Shown: positions 15,109 to 28,139, counted from the first letter of the stretch. The stretch: DNA of 64,000 bases from Zygnema circumcarinatum SAG 698-1b (GCA_037447605.1 CM074821.1:62001-126000), one strand, 5' to 3'. Numbers and translations are program-made. Notes: a model not told the origin generated them from the sequence alone.

Positions 15109-18100
15109 CTAGAGCTCGTCGTGCACATCCCCACCCGCCAGCTCCTGCAACTTCTCAGCCAGCTCTCTCTTGAGCTCCTGCAGCCACCCACCACACGCCA
15201 TAAAGGAACCACATTTAGCAAAGGGAGAGTAGTCTGTAAAGCAGATACAGCCGGCATCTCAACCTCCAAGAATCACTTTGAAGCCAAAAGTTGCACGAAA
15301 GTTTTAGGTTGAAGAACTTCAAAGCTTAGACTTCATCTATAGCTTAAACTGTCAAAAGAGAAATGTGATCGTAGTTCCAATCAGACTGCAAAAAAATGTA
15401 TGTCGCAGTTTTTTTCCCCGTACAAATTTACTTTCACAACGTGATTGCTGTATGGAGGACGATCATGACCGATCTGAAAGGCCATACGTGCATAACCCAC
15501 CTCTGCTTTTGAAGCACTGCAGACAGCTGGTGTCGTCATCACAGCGGCATACCTATTGACAACGACAAGAAACTAAAATATCAATGACATTGGTATAACA
15601 ACCCCAAGACAACAATTACAGCGTGCAGTCGGCACCCTCTGCAAGCAGATAGCTGGGCTCCACCTGTAGCGAGCAGTGACCAGAATCAGTACGGCTATGG
15701 TGACGGAAAACTCACTCGCATCTGCTTGGCTCGTCTACTGACAGAACCTCTGTCTGAAGGCCGCATTGCATTGTGACCTGCAGGCCCAAACATTCAGGAG
15801 AGTCATACGAACTCCTCAGAAAGGACAAATGTAGGAGAAATTCAAGCCAAAATGGCCAAGCAGCAGTGAGAGAGCATCGCCGCTGTCAAGCTCCGTAACG
15901 TGTTTCCCTTCCCTTGCTGCCAACAGTACATCATAATGACTGCATTTCTTTAAGCTATGTGTACCAAGATCACATGCATTTCCAGAAACAAGCTTCGCAG
16001 CGTAAACTTTTGACCCAGACCCAGAGAAGAGCTCGATTGACATGCGACCCCGACAAGCAAAATGACAAGCCAGGATGCAGATGGGCATAAAGACGCCATT
16101 TCAGTATTATATCATGCCAGCTTTACATGCTATTGGATATAGCAATCGCATAGCGCCACATCAAATATCAGAAAGTAATGTATTGTGCCCACAAACAAGC
16201 CGTACAGACAATCCAAAGTGCCAAGGTCGACGATTTCCCACCGTCATGCTGCGCTCTGGGCCGTTCCAGCATCGATCTCCGTTTTTGAAAAGCAATTTCG
16301 CATAATTGTCAGAGAATCCAGCCCAGGTTCTGGCCAAAGCCATCACACCAAAGTCACAGCTCAGTCAGCCCTGTGAACCACTCCACATGGTGAGAGTTTA
16401 AAATTATGGATTGCAATCGTAAGCACAGAACTTGACAAACTTATTCTCAAGAGCAAGGGCAATACTGCATACCCCAGTCGCGTGTTGATGTGACCTTCGG
16501 CCTGAGAAGCATCATTGTAAGGGCAAATCTTGTACTCATATCTGCAGATGCAAGTCGCGAAGTTCTCAGCTCTCCAGCTACAACAGTGAAAATTGAATAC
16601 ATAGGCAAGGAAGCTTCCAATCTGCAATGTTGAACATACAACAGACGTGCACACTCCCTTTTGAACGGAACAATCTTCGACAAAAAATTGCTCCGTATGA
16701 TGCAGCATGAAATACGTCGCCTTGTTTTCCAAAATGGTTCCAGCGTGTCAAGGCACTCACTGATTGATGGTGATTTTTAAGCACTGATCTGCCAGAGAAA
16801 TGAACTCCCCGTTGGGGCCTGCAAGCTTTCCCACAGATAATGAGATGCAGACTCGATCAGAGCACAAGATCAGTGGAAAAGAACTGCAGTTTCTGGCTAC
16901 AGGCAAGCAGAAAAAATATTCTACTTTAGCTAAGAGCTCAATCATTAGGTTGGTTTGTTAGATGAGCCCCTACACACAACGAAAGCAGGCTTTAGTCTGC
17001 CCCTGGCAAGTGGAAAAGCATTTCCTTCATCAGCTCACAGCCCCACAATACGGGTGGATGAGCACATTGACCGTTCATAGAGAGGAGCAATAGGTGCAGC
17101 TTACCGTAATCGTTACTCAGCTTCTTTTCTAATTCAGAGATTCTTTTCTGTACAGTCCGAAGGTTTTGAGAAGCTTCGCGATGCTCTTTCTTTATTCGAT
17201 CAGCTTCTGAGCCACACAAAAACATACAAAAAACAAAGTGCATGCTCTAAGCATTGCGTGAAAGGCCCACAGACCTCTCCGTGAATAGAGACTTACAATA
17301 CTATTCTCTCTCATATCTGCATGCAAGTCTCCTGACTCATAATCAACAGCAAGAACTGCAAGACAGCTAGTCGAAAACCACTTCGAAGAGAACACACAAT
17401 TGTTATCCACTCTTCCAAACAGGCAGGCCGGGGATCAGTTGCCAGACAGTTGCTGGCAACAGTCGATGACTCTTCATTCAAACTGGAATTTCAGACATGC
17501 CAGATCCAATCTGAGCTCTGCTGCACTGCTGGATGGAGAGACCTTGTGCAGTTCTGTGGCGCACCAGATTTGTTGACCGCGGGGGGCGGCTGCGACAGCA
17601 TGCTCAACAGCTTTGAGCACACATCTCGAGGCCATTGCAGCACTCGCGCCAACCACGACCTCATAGGGCTGACAGCTGACAACCCAGACCCACGCCATCC
17701 AACAGTTATCACACTGTTGAATGATGTGGCACTGCATATTTTTGCCGCTTTTGAGTTCGTCTATACTGCCCAACTTCGTATACTTCAAATGTTCATGTAT
17801 TTGTTAAACTAACTTTCCCCAGTGCAGCAGAGGTATGAACCGAGAAACCGTCATCCTTGACTACACAAGGGCCGGTGATTCTCGCATCGCTACTATGTGG
17901 ATCCATTACATGGGCAAAGCCCTATGCATTGCCACGAAGATTTCTGGTAGTGGGACACTCGACAAGAATGTGAGAAAGATTGACAAAAACACACTGACAA
18001 GGCCATCATGGACTCTTCAAGAAGATTTAAGGGACCATCCCAGTCTCCAACCAAAGAATCTCGATGTATAATGGTGAGCACCTGGTGACGACGTCTCCGA

Positions 18101-21100
18101 ACTCTCTCCTACGTCATGTTCATCATCTTCATCATCTCCATACTCTCCATCATCGTGAGGCGTTTCCGTCTTGTGGTCACCATCAATATCATCGTCAAGA
18201 TTCCTGTCATCTTCATGTTCGTCCCCATCTTCATGCTCATGGTCGGAGTAGTCGTCATCAACAGGATGCTCCGAGTGATGCGGTTCGGGCGCGGGCTCTT
18301 CTGGAGGTGGCGGCGGAGGCGTTACGCCTCCACCAGTCCACCGTGAGGCTATGATTCGGCCAATTTCTTCTTTCGAAAGGCCCTCCAAATTTTCAGATTC
18401 ACCAGACTCCTGTCCCTGTGAAAAGGGAGTAATTGCCTTATTTATAAGGATTAGCAAAATGAACACAAAACATAGGCAGACGGAGACCATAGCCTCATCC
18501 CTAAAAAATGGGACTCGAGATAGAAGTGCTTACACGACCAGCAATGGAGGAGAACCTAGCCAAAGCCCACGAAGGTAGAGTCGAAAAGGCGAAGGCTTTC
18601 AGGATTTTTCCTTGTTCTGTTAGCAACCTAACTCTACTCACCTTATGCTGAGCAACAGGAGATCGGTGACAAAAATGTGTAGATTAAAGGGGCATGTATA
18701 GTTGTATGTAGTTGAATGTATCAGTGTATCAGTTTGGCTTGGATCTCTAGCAAACAAGTAATAGAAAAAGTCCAGCCATTCCATGGACATTAACCATTAC
18801 TTTCTTAATTAAGTCATGAACGTCCTTCAGAATCACAACCCTGGGGTTGTGAAAAAAACACGCTTGGTGAGGACGAGGAGGTACCTCAGATGCGTGATTC
18901 TGTTCTGGAGGCTGTTCAAGGTCAGTCTGCACAGGTTCTGTATGTTCAGCTTCAGGGGGCATTTCGTGATCGGGTTCTGGGAATTCGTCATGATCCAAAT
19001 CAGCCTCTTCAGGTTCTGTATGTTCAGCTTCAGGGGGCATTTCGTGATCGGGTTCTGGGAATTCGTCATGGTCCAAATCAGCCTCTTCAGCTGGAGGTCC
19101 ATCCGTCTTGACTGCTTCCGGCGACGCCTCGTCTTTGGTGCCCTGAAGCTCACACGAACAGGCCATCATTAGCACATGTGCATGAAATACCGGCAAAGTC
19201 CACGAGAAACACAAAACACTTCTCACGACACCCACGTAGATGAGGCATTTCTGAAATGCTCACCATTTCATGTCCAACATCAGGTTCAGCTTCCGATGGA
19301 GCTTCCTTCTCCATAGTCGCTTCGTTGAGTGCTTGCTCCTGTGCCGCCTGTTCTTTTTCCATCTTCTCTTTCCACTCCCGCTCCTCTTTCTCTGCCTTCT
19401 CTATTGCTGTCTTCTCCTCTGTCAGTCAGCCAAGCCCCAGCCAGCCCGCCACCAACACTCGCGTCTCAGCTCCACCATCTTCTAACGACTCCTGTTACAT
19501 CCTCACTTATCCTGCCAGGGCCTGTCATCAATTATGCTCCAAACCATGCCATCAACATCCTATTCCACATAGACAATGACCATGGCCGGATGCCGCTTGA
19601 GCTCAGCCCTACGAGCACAGCCCAACCCCTCCTAAGCTGGCCCCACTTCAGCGAAGCCGCCACTTGCGAGTCGCGCCCATGCTATGGCCTCTCCCAGGCC
19701 GCCACTTGCGCCAGAACGCAGCAGCGGTGGCCGCAATTAGGCCCACCTCGAGCCAGAGAAGTATCGTGCCAATGTCTGCCATGCAACAGCCATTGCTCTT
19801 CATCATCCTTTGGCTGCTCTTGGACCATGATGTATATTGAACCTCACACAAGCCCGCCCTTCTGAACTCGCGGCCCATGCCTCCAAGCTATCCTAAAGAG
19901 AAAGATACTGAACGTATGCACATGAAGGATAGATACAGCAGCTCCGGCTGCTTCGCAGCACAACTGGTTAGCATAACTCCCTCATTTCTTTCATATCTCT
20001 TAGGACGTTTAGAAATAACAAACAGTCAAGCCGGTCAGGGGACATGATGCTAACGCAGCATCGTATAATATGCACCACAGCAATCAAATATTCATTGACT
20101 TAGACCACTCAAACATAATTGACCCCAAAAAGCAAAACTTCTATAAGAAAAATATTTGAGATATGAATGAGCTTTTCATACTGAGATTTCTAGCCATGAA
20201 CGCGAACTGGGTTCACTGTCTCGCTGTTATGCAAACCCGCAGATAAGACTGGAAATTCTGAACCGGAAAACCTGCACTATAAATTGCATCAAGTGAATGA
20301 AACAAAAAGAAAAAGACATTCCCACTCCAGAAGATAAGAGATACTGAATAACAGGGCACGCTCTTGGGCTCGTAAGAAAGTGGGTGCACTCGGATTGATC
20401 CTTCTCTAGCTTCACTTCCATTCACAAAACCCAAGGGCACTGTTCTGAGTTCATTCGTTGCAAAATTTCAACCTATGAAACCCTTCTACGGCCTGACATT
20501 GCTCTACAAAAGCCTATGATCAACCTTAAAATGCTGAGGCATGAAGTGATCGATGTAAGGAAGTGACTTCAAGTATGAAAAAGATAGCAGTGGATGCCCC
20601 CTAAACTGCCTGATGGCAAGGAACGACGTAAGGCTTGAATAACTAACGACAAGGAATTTCGCAAAGATGTGCCACCTTAGCAGTCTTGACCCATTCATCG
20701 TTGCGTTATGTCACTTCACCTTACAAAAACCATAACATCTTCTATAGGATTCCTGATTTCCCTTTCAATACTACGAGCTGTGATCCAACCATTGCAGTTG
20801 GAAATCATGAACGATAAAACCCAAGATCAGGCAATGCCAACAACGCCAGTGCGATGCCAGCTCTCAGTGACATTCTCTAGACTCCGCATAGCATTCATCG
20901 AGCAGTGCCCTTACCTAGAAGTTTCGCCTCCTTCAGCTTAAGGTCCACCTCCTCTGCACGTAACTTCGTAACTTCCGCATCCCAGTCCTGGCGTTGCCCT
21001 TGGGCTTGTTCAATAATTTTGTTGCGCAGCTGAAGTCCTTGGCTGTATCGAGACACGTCTTGAGTTAATTGCTCTCGTGATGAGGCACCTTCCTCTTTGC

Positions 21101-22206
21101 ACGTGTTTGCACACTTCACTCGGCCTTCATACTCGTCACTTCCATCACAGCAGTCTGCAATAATCCATCTACTACACGAGGTCAAAGGCACATATACCAA
21201 ACAGATAGCATCACCTACTCTCTTACGGTAGAAATAAATAAAAAAGCCGTATAGAGAGACGCTTGTCTCCTTTTTTAAGGTGGCAATGCATGCTCGCAAA
21301 ATTGTGCCTTAGATTAGGCTTAGAAAAGGCCACGCTCTGAGAATGTACCTACCACATATTCCATCGTTCACTCTGGACGAAAACAGCAACTGGGGTACAT
21401 GTCCACGATTCCGACAATAAAACTTGCCAGAAGGGCAGGCCGAAGTTCCTGCATCCGAAGTTCATGAATCTCCATCAGAGTGCTTAGTGCAATCGGCCAG
21501 CAACTGCAGCTCTGACTGTACGCCGCTAGCTGCAGGAGGACAATGAGGACAGACTGAAAGGAAGAAGTTCTTAACCACTTGTGATGCTCATCTTGAAATG
21601 GAATGCAAGGACTGTAACGCAAAGACCTCCTAAGCATTATTGGAACGGGCGACAGCCGACAGCTGTTCAGCTTCGCTAGCCTTTTAGCCGCCAGGCGACA
21701 CGCACTGGAGAGCTACTGTTACTTCATGCTGTCATTGCTGTCACGCAGCAGTGCAAGAGACGGAAGAATGTCGCAGGTCCCTACCGGGTTCATCCGTGCC
21801 GTCAGGACAGTCGCAGAAATCGTCGTTCACCCGCTCAATGGCGATGCTCTTTAAGCCATCACGGCAGCGGACGGTCTTTCCTGAAAAGTATGCTCGATCT
21901 GCGAAAGAAATCTCCACAAATAGCATTTAACAAAGTTTTCCCTGCACGACTGTCGATTGTCTGCATATCGTTCTGAAAATCCAGCTGACATCCTGGTCAA
22001 CAGTGCGATATCGCAACAGTGCATGCTTCACATTAAACGAAACCACAAAAACTCTTCAAAATGCAAATGTGTGGTCAGAAGCATACAAACACACCAGAGG
22101 GAGCGACTCCTCTAAGAACCGGCTGGGAAGAAGTCGCAAGTTGAGTGGCTGCAAGGAGCAGCGTCGCGGCCAGCGCGCAACACAGCAACGGCGCGGCCTT
22201 CCTCAT
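15109..22206 (-). CDS. PRKCSH: Glucosidase II beta subunit (PRKCSH/GTB1-like), multi-exon
   Basis: Signal peptide [20 protein letters not shown] (ATG 22206); LDL-like Cys repeats [28 protein letters not shown] and DCCDGSDEY; acidic linker; MRH domain ([54 protein letters not shown]); last exon [18 protein letters not shown] with stop at 15109-15111. Confidence 0.96.
18932..19090. repeat. 78-bp tandem duplication (2 units, 1 mismatch) inside a PRKCSH exon
   Basis: Units start at 18932 and 19010 and encode [26 protein letters not shown] twice on the - strand. Confidence 0.95.
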
Positions 22207-22514
22207 GCTTCCGGAGCCTGCCTGCCCGCCTGCCTGCCCACCTGCCCGCCGGCCTGTCTGTCTGCCCGGCCTCCCCTCCTCTTGCTCCTCCTCTTGCTCC
22301 TCCTCCTCCTCCTCCTCCTCTTGCTCCTCGCCTCCTTTCCGCCCCCGCGCTTCTCGCTCGTTCCTCGCCTCGCCGAGCATGAAAGGCACTGACCTCAATG
22401 TATCTAGGCATATCGTATTGTATCGCATTGTACCGTATCGACCCCCACTTGAAGCGCCCCCCGCGTTCCAGTCCGCATCGCGGTTGGCGCCGGACGGTGG
22501 GCATAGGCCCGCGC

Positions 22515-22632
22515 GTGGCCGTGGTCATGGCCATGGCCATGGTTGTGGTCATAGCCATGGTCACGGTCATGACAATAGTCATGGTCATTGTCGTAGTCAT
22601 GGCTCATGGTTCATGACTCATGGCTCGTGGCT
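22515..22632. repeat. Degenerate CATGGY hexamer/heptamer array
   Basis: gtcatggccatggccatggttgtggtcatagccatggtcacggtcatgac...catggctcatggttcatgactcatggctc; the period shifts from 6 to 7 bp. Confidence 0.85.
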
Positions 22633-23450
22633 CTCGTCCTCAGCTCATTTGCGGCCGCTTCACCGTGTTGCTTTCGCTCATGTACCTTGGATGAGGTCAA
22701 TGACACATGGCATCTCATGGTTTACCGCCCATGTACATTTCATGGCATCCCCATCGCCAGGTAAATGCCAACTCCCACATCAAGATTGTAAGTTGGCCAA
22801 ACCAGCCAGAAAAATCAGAGAAGATACATGAGTACAGGTAAAGAAACGAGAGATGGAGGAAGAAAAGAAGAGGGAAGGGAGCAGGGAGCAGAGAGCAGAT
22901 GCGTGTCGGAATAGAGGAGATCTATTGACAAGGGCATGCAAGGCTTAGGAGGGCCTTCTGGGGTTCCAAAGGTTTGGAGGGCTGGACATTTTTTGGCAGT
23001 TCGGAGTTGGGTCACTGAAATATCCGGAAAGCATGTACCGGCATGTACGTGCTTTGCTACGGCCGGCTTTCAGATTCCTGAAAATTGAGCGGAATTCCAA
23101 GACTTGGACGTGCGGAGATGCCGAGGTCCCGGAACTGGTTGGAGCCGAATTCACTGCCGTGCTGCCTCGTGCCTGCGGCTGCCACCACGGCACGAAATCG
23201 GGACCATTCAAGCGTGCGAGCAGTCGCATGTGCACAACGTCCCGTGGATTCACACGACGGAAGAGGCCAAACGCATCACAATTGATCAGTGAAACCCTGT
23301 ACCTGACGGGCCAAGGCCCTCAAGTATTGCAAGGCCCCTTGAGAGTGAGTGACATCTACTTGCAGTTTTCCAGTTTCAAATTAGGAAAAGACCGAATTGT
23401 TTTCTGTTATTATTTATTTGAATGCTGCACAGGATGCAAGCCGCCCGTCG

Positions 23451-26400
23451 TCACTGCTGGAGCAGCGCAGGGTTTACAAACGTGGGCAGGGTGCCATCGT
23501 ATGTGCTCTTAGCCACATCTCCCCGAGTGATGAGCTTGGGTCCAACTGGAGGACCGCCCTTTTTCGGCCGGATGTCCTGCGAGACAGAAGGATGTATGGA
23601 GACCATTCAGAATGATCACTCGACAACAAGAGCAAAACGCACAGCTGTTCGTACTCTCCAGTGCTCCTTCCTGCATGCGAAGCATCTGTTGGTCGCTTGA
23701 CGCGGAGGCGTCCATGGCTGCGTGTAAGGGGCGAGAGGAGGGGAGAGGGCCATGCCTGGTCGAAAATGGAAGTTGGGATGGCCAGAGTGGCGCAGGCATT
23801 AGGCACGTCAACGATGCCGGAAATTCGGCCCTCGCAGGGGCAGCACGACAACAGCAGATACACCTGGGAACACAACCTTGCCTGGCCTTAGTTCCTTTGA
23901 ATCTGGCTTAATTCCCCTGGTTTTAATAGAACCCACTATTCCTTGACTATCTCACAGGGCTTCTCTCGCCCTTTCAGCAGGTGACTTTTGTTATCTGTGC
24001 TCCTACGTCGCATTATCATTGCATTCAGGAGGGGCGAGAAGTAAAGAGAGGCGGCAGCGTCCTCACCTGCTCCCTCGTGTAACCGAACTTGGAGAGGTAG
24101 TCGATGCAGTTGAGCACGGCACGTTTGTAGGCGATGGTGGCATCCAGAAAATGCTGAAAAAATAAGCAGTCCGTCAATGTGAGTGACATGAAGCCATAAC
24201 AGCGCCGCGTTCTGCCCATTCCGGCACACGGCGTCATAAAAATTTCTTATTGTAACTCCTGTGATTCCTGAATGCAGCCGTACCTGTTTCCCGTACTCGT
24301 CGACGCTGACCCCCTCGAAGACGAGCCATTCTGAGAAGCGCGGCTCCAACGGGCCGATCTCAAAGATGGGGTGCACTGACAGCTTGGACGGGCCCATGGG
24401 GGTCAAATACTGCACAACGGGGGAGCACGCCTCTCGGAGGTTTTAGGGTTTCTTGGGCACTAACGGCTTCCTGGTGGCAGGCGGGGGTTATGCCTATGTG
24501 TGGCAGAGTGCAAAGTATAACAAAGGGGGAAGAAAGAGAAGCCTTGTCTCACCTGCTCCATGCCCCCCCGAAGAATGTCGCATCTGCAAAGTACGGAAAC
24601 AGTTACATGAGTAAGCAGCGAAAAGGGAAGGTTGTTAAGAGCACGCAGAAGCAATGACTACGAATGCGAACAGTGGGACTGTCACTAGGTGCGCCCGCAC
24701 TTGAGCTCGAGAAAGCCGCTCATTTCAATGGCGCCGCAGAAGGAGACCTCTCCGTCGCCCTGCGAAAAGTGCATGTCTCCCATGGAGAGGTTGGCTCCCT
24801 CCACAAAGACGGGGAAGTACACTTTGCACCCTCTGCTCAGATTCTTGATGTCGCAGTTTCCGCCATTCTCTCTGCCAGGAACCGTCCGCGCTGCCTCTCC
24901 TGCAATCCGCTCCCATTCGGCAGATTCCTTCTCAACCTGCATTATCGAGTGGATTTTCCTTCAGAGGCGAGGGGAAAAGGCTGCGAAGGCATGAATATGG
25001 AGTACGCCACTATGACAAACAACCGATCATAACGAGACTACGTATTCTATAAGAGTTTTCACGTCGAAATCAACATCAAAAGCAAACGACCCTCAAATTT
25101 GGCACTCTCGTTTGTGAAACGTAAATGCAAATAATCGAGCGCGAGAGCGAGACAACGCTCGTGTGGCTTTCAAGCTTACAAGGCCGAGCAGGGATCCGAC
25201 AGGATTGGGCAGGCAGGCCAAGGGCCTCGTGTGCATGTGCCCGCCCAATGTGATGGCTTTCTCTCCCTCCTCCACCAAACTGCGCTCTCGACTGTTCCAC
25301 ATGTCAAGGAGCTCCTACATTGCCATAAACATACAAAGACATTGTTTTCAGACGGGGAAGTTGTTTGATCGAAGTTGATAGAGTCCTCAGCAGGACAGGC
25401 ACACGATTCTCTTCTTGCAGATTTTGGGTGTCAGACGCTCCTCTGAGGGCTAAGCGCCCTTCTCACTCGTAGTGAGTCCTTCTAAGTTTGGGGAGATACA
25501 GATGGGAATCTCGTTGTGTGGGTTGCCACTGGAGATGGAAGACAAGGAGGAGGGAGAACAAGCGAGAAGAGATCGGACAGGGGGAGGGCAAGGATCGGGA
25601 TAGGAGGGGGAGAGCGAGGAGAGGAGTGGGAGAGGGGCTCCAAGTTGCACCTTGGAGGGAGCCGTGCCGATTAGGCCGGGGTGGATGAGTCCCGGGAAGC
25701 GCACTCCCGGGATGTGGCGAGAGGATGCGTAGATGCCGTCAAAATGCCACACAGCCTGCACATCATTCAGTCCGTGACAAGAATATCCTTCTTGTCATCC
25801 ATCTGTAGCTCTGTTCTTACCCCTTCTTCACTGCCTCTCCTTTCTTGCCCTTCTCTCCTCTTTCTCATTGCTTTCTCGCTCCCGTGCTCGTCCTCACTCC
25901 CTTTCGATCCTCCTCGGTTACTTTTCCTCATTTTTCTGTCCTCTCCCTCCCTCTCTTCGTGCTCTGTCTTTCCCTCCACCTCTCTCGAACTCTCCCTCTC
26001 CCGAGTTTGAAGCTTCGGATGCCCCTTACTTTAGTGGCGCAAGGGAAGTGGTCTGTAAGGAAGCTGCCCCCATTTTCCCGATCGAATGTCCCTGCTCACA
26101 CCCCAAAGTCCTGCTGTAGCAACTAAACGAAGCGAGTCAAGCAGCATTTCTCATTGCTTGCCTTGCTCGGCATACAAAATGGACGAAAGGTTTGCAAGTA
26201 ACGCAGGGAGAGGCGCGTAGCTGGCGGGGGAGCAGGGAGGGAGGAGAAGAAAAAGGAAGAAGAAGAAGTAATGGGAGAGCGAGAGAGCGCAAGGTCGGGA
26301 CAAACCTGTAAATCCCCACTCGTCTCCTGGCAGAGGTCCCAAATTGCAAATTTCGACCGCCAGAATGTCTCCCGGCATCGCTGCAACAATGGACCAATTA

Positions 26401-27157
26401 AAGCAAAAAGAAGCTTACGCGAGATTCCTCCCTCACATCAGACGCACAACCGTCTCTTTGCTTCGTGCTTTCTACACTTTGCCTTTCACCCTCACATCTG
26501 GTACAGACAGTGGACCTTCTGAATGCCACGTGGCAGCTGCAAAGGTCTCTGCTACTCCCGCAGAAGCCATGCATGCGGCGGAAGCCTAAAGCGACCTAAC
26601 TGCAGCCTCCGAGCCCTCGCCTCACCCGGCTGCCCGGACCTGTCCGCGACGCGGATCGGCCCGCTGAGGTAGTGCACTTGCGAGAGGTCCACCGTCTTTA
26701 TGTCGTCGGCGGAGTCGTCGTCCGCAATCTGCACACGCGCCGAGCGAGGGAGCACACGCCTTTGAGCCGAGGAGGGAGGCCGGACGATCCTCCCTCCCTC
26801 CCTCCCTCTCTCTCTCCGTACTTCACAACGAGGACCAAAGGTGGGTCGCAGAGTCTTTCAGGATTGTCGCCGCCCTTAGGGTTGAGGGCCGACCTGGCCG
26901 CCCGTCCAGTCGACCGTCTCCACGCGGAAGAGGTCGCCCTCCTTCACCTCCGCCACGGGGGGAATGTCGGGGTGCCACCGGCTGCAGGCAGAGGCAGGGC
27001 CAGAGGGAGAACTAGTTGTGAGAAGGTCCGCGTGGCAGCAGAGAGGAGCGCCACGTGGCGAATGCTGAGGAACTTACTTGTGGAGCGGAGGAGTTTGCTC
27101 CCAAGGCTTCTTGCTCATGTCCACAGAGATCAAGGGCTTTGGAGTGCGAGGCGCCAT
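23451..27157 (-). CDS. Formamidase (acetamidase/formamidase FmdA family), multi-exon
   Basis: MAPRTPKPLISVDMSKKPWEQTPPLH (ATG 27157), DIKTVDLSQVHYLSGPI, GDILAVEICNLGP, FDRENGGSFLTDHFP, RFPGLIHPGLIGTAPS, RTVPGRENGGNCDIKNLSRG, GDMHFSQGDGEVSFCGAIEMSG, CCPCEGRISGIVDVPNACATLAIP; last exon DIRPKKGGPPVGPKL...LLQQ* with stop at 23451-23453. Confidence 0.96.
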
Positions 27158-27174
27158 GGCTGCCTGCCACCAGG

Positions 27175-27450
27175 AGAATCTTCCCCTTGTTCTGCTTCCT
27201 GTCCCCACCTCCCGCTCCCTCTCCCTCTCCTCCCTCTCCCTTGTCCTCCGGCCTCTCTCCCTCTCCCTCCCCCTCTGCCCCTCTCCCTCCCCCTCTGCCC
27301 CTCTCCCTCCCCCTCTCCCCCTCTCCCCCTCTCCCTCTCTCCCTCTCTCCCTCCCCCTCCCCGTCTCCCCCTCTCCGCGTCTCCCCCTCGCCCTGTCCCT
27401 CTCTCGCTCTTTCTCCCCCTCCCGCCCACCCTCCCGCCCTCCCTCCCGCC
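27175..27450. repeat. Polypyrimidine/polypurine (CT-rich) tract upstream of the formamidase ATG
   Basis: About 250 bp almost purely C/T on the + strand; it generates the spurious Pro/Ser and Gly/Glu ORFs. Confidence 0.9.
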
Positions 27451-27785
27451 CTCGCTCCGCCGACCGCTCCCTCGTGCCAGTCCTCCCTCAGGTCGGTGCT
27501 GTGTGATTGGTCCGCCTGCCATGTGGCCTCGCTCTGCCCCGTCCCATTGGCCGCCCCCCCGCCCTTCCACCTCCCCGAGCGAGGCGCGCCTCCCATTGGC
27601 CGCCGTACAGGGCCCTCCCTCCCTGCGCCCGTACGTGAATCGATTCTGGCGGCCTCGAGGAAGTGCGCGATTGGCCCGCCCGATTCCGTCCGTACGGTGG
27701 ATTTTGTCCGGCTCGGCCAAGTCGTCGGATGTACGGACTTTAACCTTTAACAGTCCGTCGCTCGCACTCCGGACTAGGGATGGAT

Positions 27786-27997
27786 CTGAAAGACAAACTT
27801 TCATTGAACTCGCGATGGCGAGGCCATCAAATGTACATGGACAAAGGCAAAATGTGGAACCACGAAGGACTGGTCACAAAGGACCGAAACACAATAAAAC
27901 GAAGCTAGGAGCGGAAAACTACGCCTAGGCACAACAACGCAGCCCCTAGAAGCAGCCGCGAAGGTCACCGATGTGAGGCACGTCGCGAGCAGGGAGC
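27786..27997 (-). mobile_element. 5'-truncated 3' end of the CRE-like non-LTR element
   Basis: Reverse complement of 46317-46528 (about 7 differences over ~200 nt before the last few bases); flanked by direct repeat GGGATGGAT at 27777-27785 and 27998-28006. Confidence 0.88.
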
Positions 27998-28139
27998 GGG
28001 ATGGATTAGTTACGACTATATAATATATATTATATTATACAACTATGACGACTAGATAACGGCTGATATATATTAATTTACAACGCCTTTACAACATGTA
28101 CGGTCGTACGGTCGTACGACTGTACGGTATTATGCGGCC

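Noticed and set aside
14571-15269. 232-aa ORF, briefly considered a LINE remnant
   Set aside because: It overlaps the last PRKCSH exon and 3' UTR, no RT or endonuclease motif is convincing, and the A-tract is on the wrong strand for a tail.
23451-27157. Formamidase as a recent bacterial horizontal transfer
   Set aside because: The gene has many spliceosomal introns and plant-type sequence; the family is widespread in plants.
26672-27928. Long Pro/Ser- and Gly/Glu-rich ORFs on both strands
   Set aside because: They arise from the CT/GA tract, which lacks stop codons, and overlap real formamidase exons and promoter.
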